Source of the DNA: a virus
Length of the DNA: 17,691 nucleotides
Virus record (IMG/VR): IMGVR_UViG_3300045988_146347
Span: 1-17,691 of that record
Direction: 5' to 3' (one strand)
In this document: positions 17,126-17,691 of the stretch, piece after piece
How the letters are laid out: every line of letters starts with the position of its first letter
How positions within the stretch are numbered: the first letter of the stretch is position 1
Notes under the pieces: model-generated
The model's input: the letters and a program-made list of their open reading frames with translations, nothing else
Databases searched by the model: none
Told to the model about the DNA's origin: nothing
Translations under genes and position numbers: made by a program

Positions 17126-17461
17126 TTATAAATTTAACATTTCTTTAATTTCTTCACTTGATTCAATACCATCTGTTTCTTGATCATCATCAACTTCAGT
17201 AGGTTGTGTTTTATCTTCAAAGTTTGGATCATTTGATGGTTGTTCGGTTGGTTGTGGTTGTGATTCTAAGTTATTTAATCTTTGTTCTAAAGAAGATATA
17301 CGTTGTTCTAATTGTACAAACGCTTCTGATTTTTCTTCTGTAACTTCTTTTTCAGGTTCAGTTACAACATCTTCTGCACTTTCAATTTTTTCTGGTTGTT
17401 CTGTTTCTTCATTTGTTGGTTCTTCTTTAATGATTTTTTCTTCTGTCATTTTATTATACAC
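17126..17461 (-). CDS. Scaffolding protein (phi29 gp7-like): an acidic, coiled-coil protein of 111 aa
   Basis: AAGAGGTG RBS. The first late gene. Very acidic (E/D-rich) with a heptad region LEQRISSLEQRLNNLES, typical of picovirus scaffolds. Confidence 0.6.
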   Translation of the reverse strand: MYNKMTEEKIIKEEPTNEETEQPEKIESAEDVVTEPEKEVTEEKSEAFVQLEQRISSLEQRLNNLESQPQPTEQPSNDPNFEDKTQPTEVDDDQETDGIESSEEIKEMLNL

Positions 17462-17484
17462 CTCTTTATTTTATAAAAATAATT

Positions 17485-17501
17485 AAGCAAATAATTTGCT
17501 T
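17485..17501. promoter_or_regulatory. Perfect palindrome AAGCAAAT-A-ATTTGCTT (8+1+8) at about +1..+17 of the late promoter. A candidate operator or 5' mRNA hairpin.
   Basis: The sequence at 17485..17501 is its own reverse complement. It lies between the -10 element and the scaffold-gene RBS. Confidence 0.5.
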
Positions 17502-17507
17502 GTTTCA

Positions 17508-17536
17508 ATTATAACATAAAAATAAATAAATGTATA
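17508..17536 (-). promoter_or_regulatory. Late promoter on the - strand: -35 TATACA (complement of 17531-17536), 17-nt spacer, extended -10 TGtTATAAT (complement of 17508-17516)
   Basis: Read on the - strand just inside the right ITR boundary. It is the only promoter-like element upstream of the 11-kb late operon. Confidence 0.5.
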
Positions 17537-17543
17537 AATTTGT

Positions 17544-17691
17544 ATCGTTTCTTATTCATAATCCATCGTTTAATTTTGAATGTATTTTTTATTGACCTTT
17601 TACTCAAAATTTCTGTCGCAATGATCCAAATTCTTCTATCGTTTCTGGGTGGGGCTGGGGTGAAGTAATAGAAAAATTATTCTTAATATTT
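17544..17691. repeat. Right inverted terminal repeat, 148 bp
   Basis: Exact reverse complement of 1..148. Confidence 0.9.

Noticed and set aside
1-17691. CRISPR arrays, tRNA genes, integrase or att sites, and transposase or IS elements
   Set aside because: No short regularly spaced direct repeats, no cloverleaf-like GC-rich segments of 70-90 nt, and no recombinase-like ORFs were seen. This is consistent with a strictly lytic picovirus.

Overview
The window reads as a complete linear genome (17,691 bp) of a phi29-like podovirus (Picovirinae-like, protein-primed). Several signals support this. There are perfect 148-bp inverted terminal repeats at 1..148 and 17544..17691. There is a family-B DNA polymerase carrying all the protein-primed PolB motifs (Exo I/II/III, Dx2SLYP, Kx3NSxYG, YxDTDS, KxY). 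The late module is phi29-syntenic: scaffold, major capsid protein, upper collar/portal, lower collar, beta-helix appendage, tail knob, holin and tail-tip hydrolase. The very low GC content and Staphylococcus-type holin and lysin domains point to a low-GC Gram-positive host, probably a staphylococcus. I cannot name the phage from sequence alone. The gene order differs from what I remember of P68/44AHJD: the amidase sits between the appendage and fiber genes, and the endolysin is Amidase_2 rather than CHAP.

The + strand (left 6.5 kb) carries an early operon of small proteins, an SSB-tail mimic, the packaging ATPase and the polymerase. The - strand (17461 to 6592) carries the late structural and lysis operon. 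The two operons converge on a bidirectional terminator at about 6463..6497.

The most interesting points are:
- an early protein ending in the canonical bacterial SSB C-terminal tip (DEDIPF) on a body that does not look like an SSB;
- no recognisable terminal protein or pRNA, although the genome uses a protein-primed polymerase and a gp16-type ATPase;
- a perfect 17-bp palindrome at +1 of the late promoter;
- two terminators inside the late operon, one overlapped by an extended -10 element;
- a 93-bp tandem duplication inside a fiber-like gene;
- an acidic first early protein that could be a host-takeover or DNA-mimic protein.
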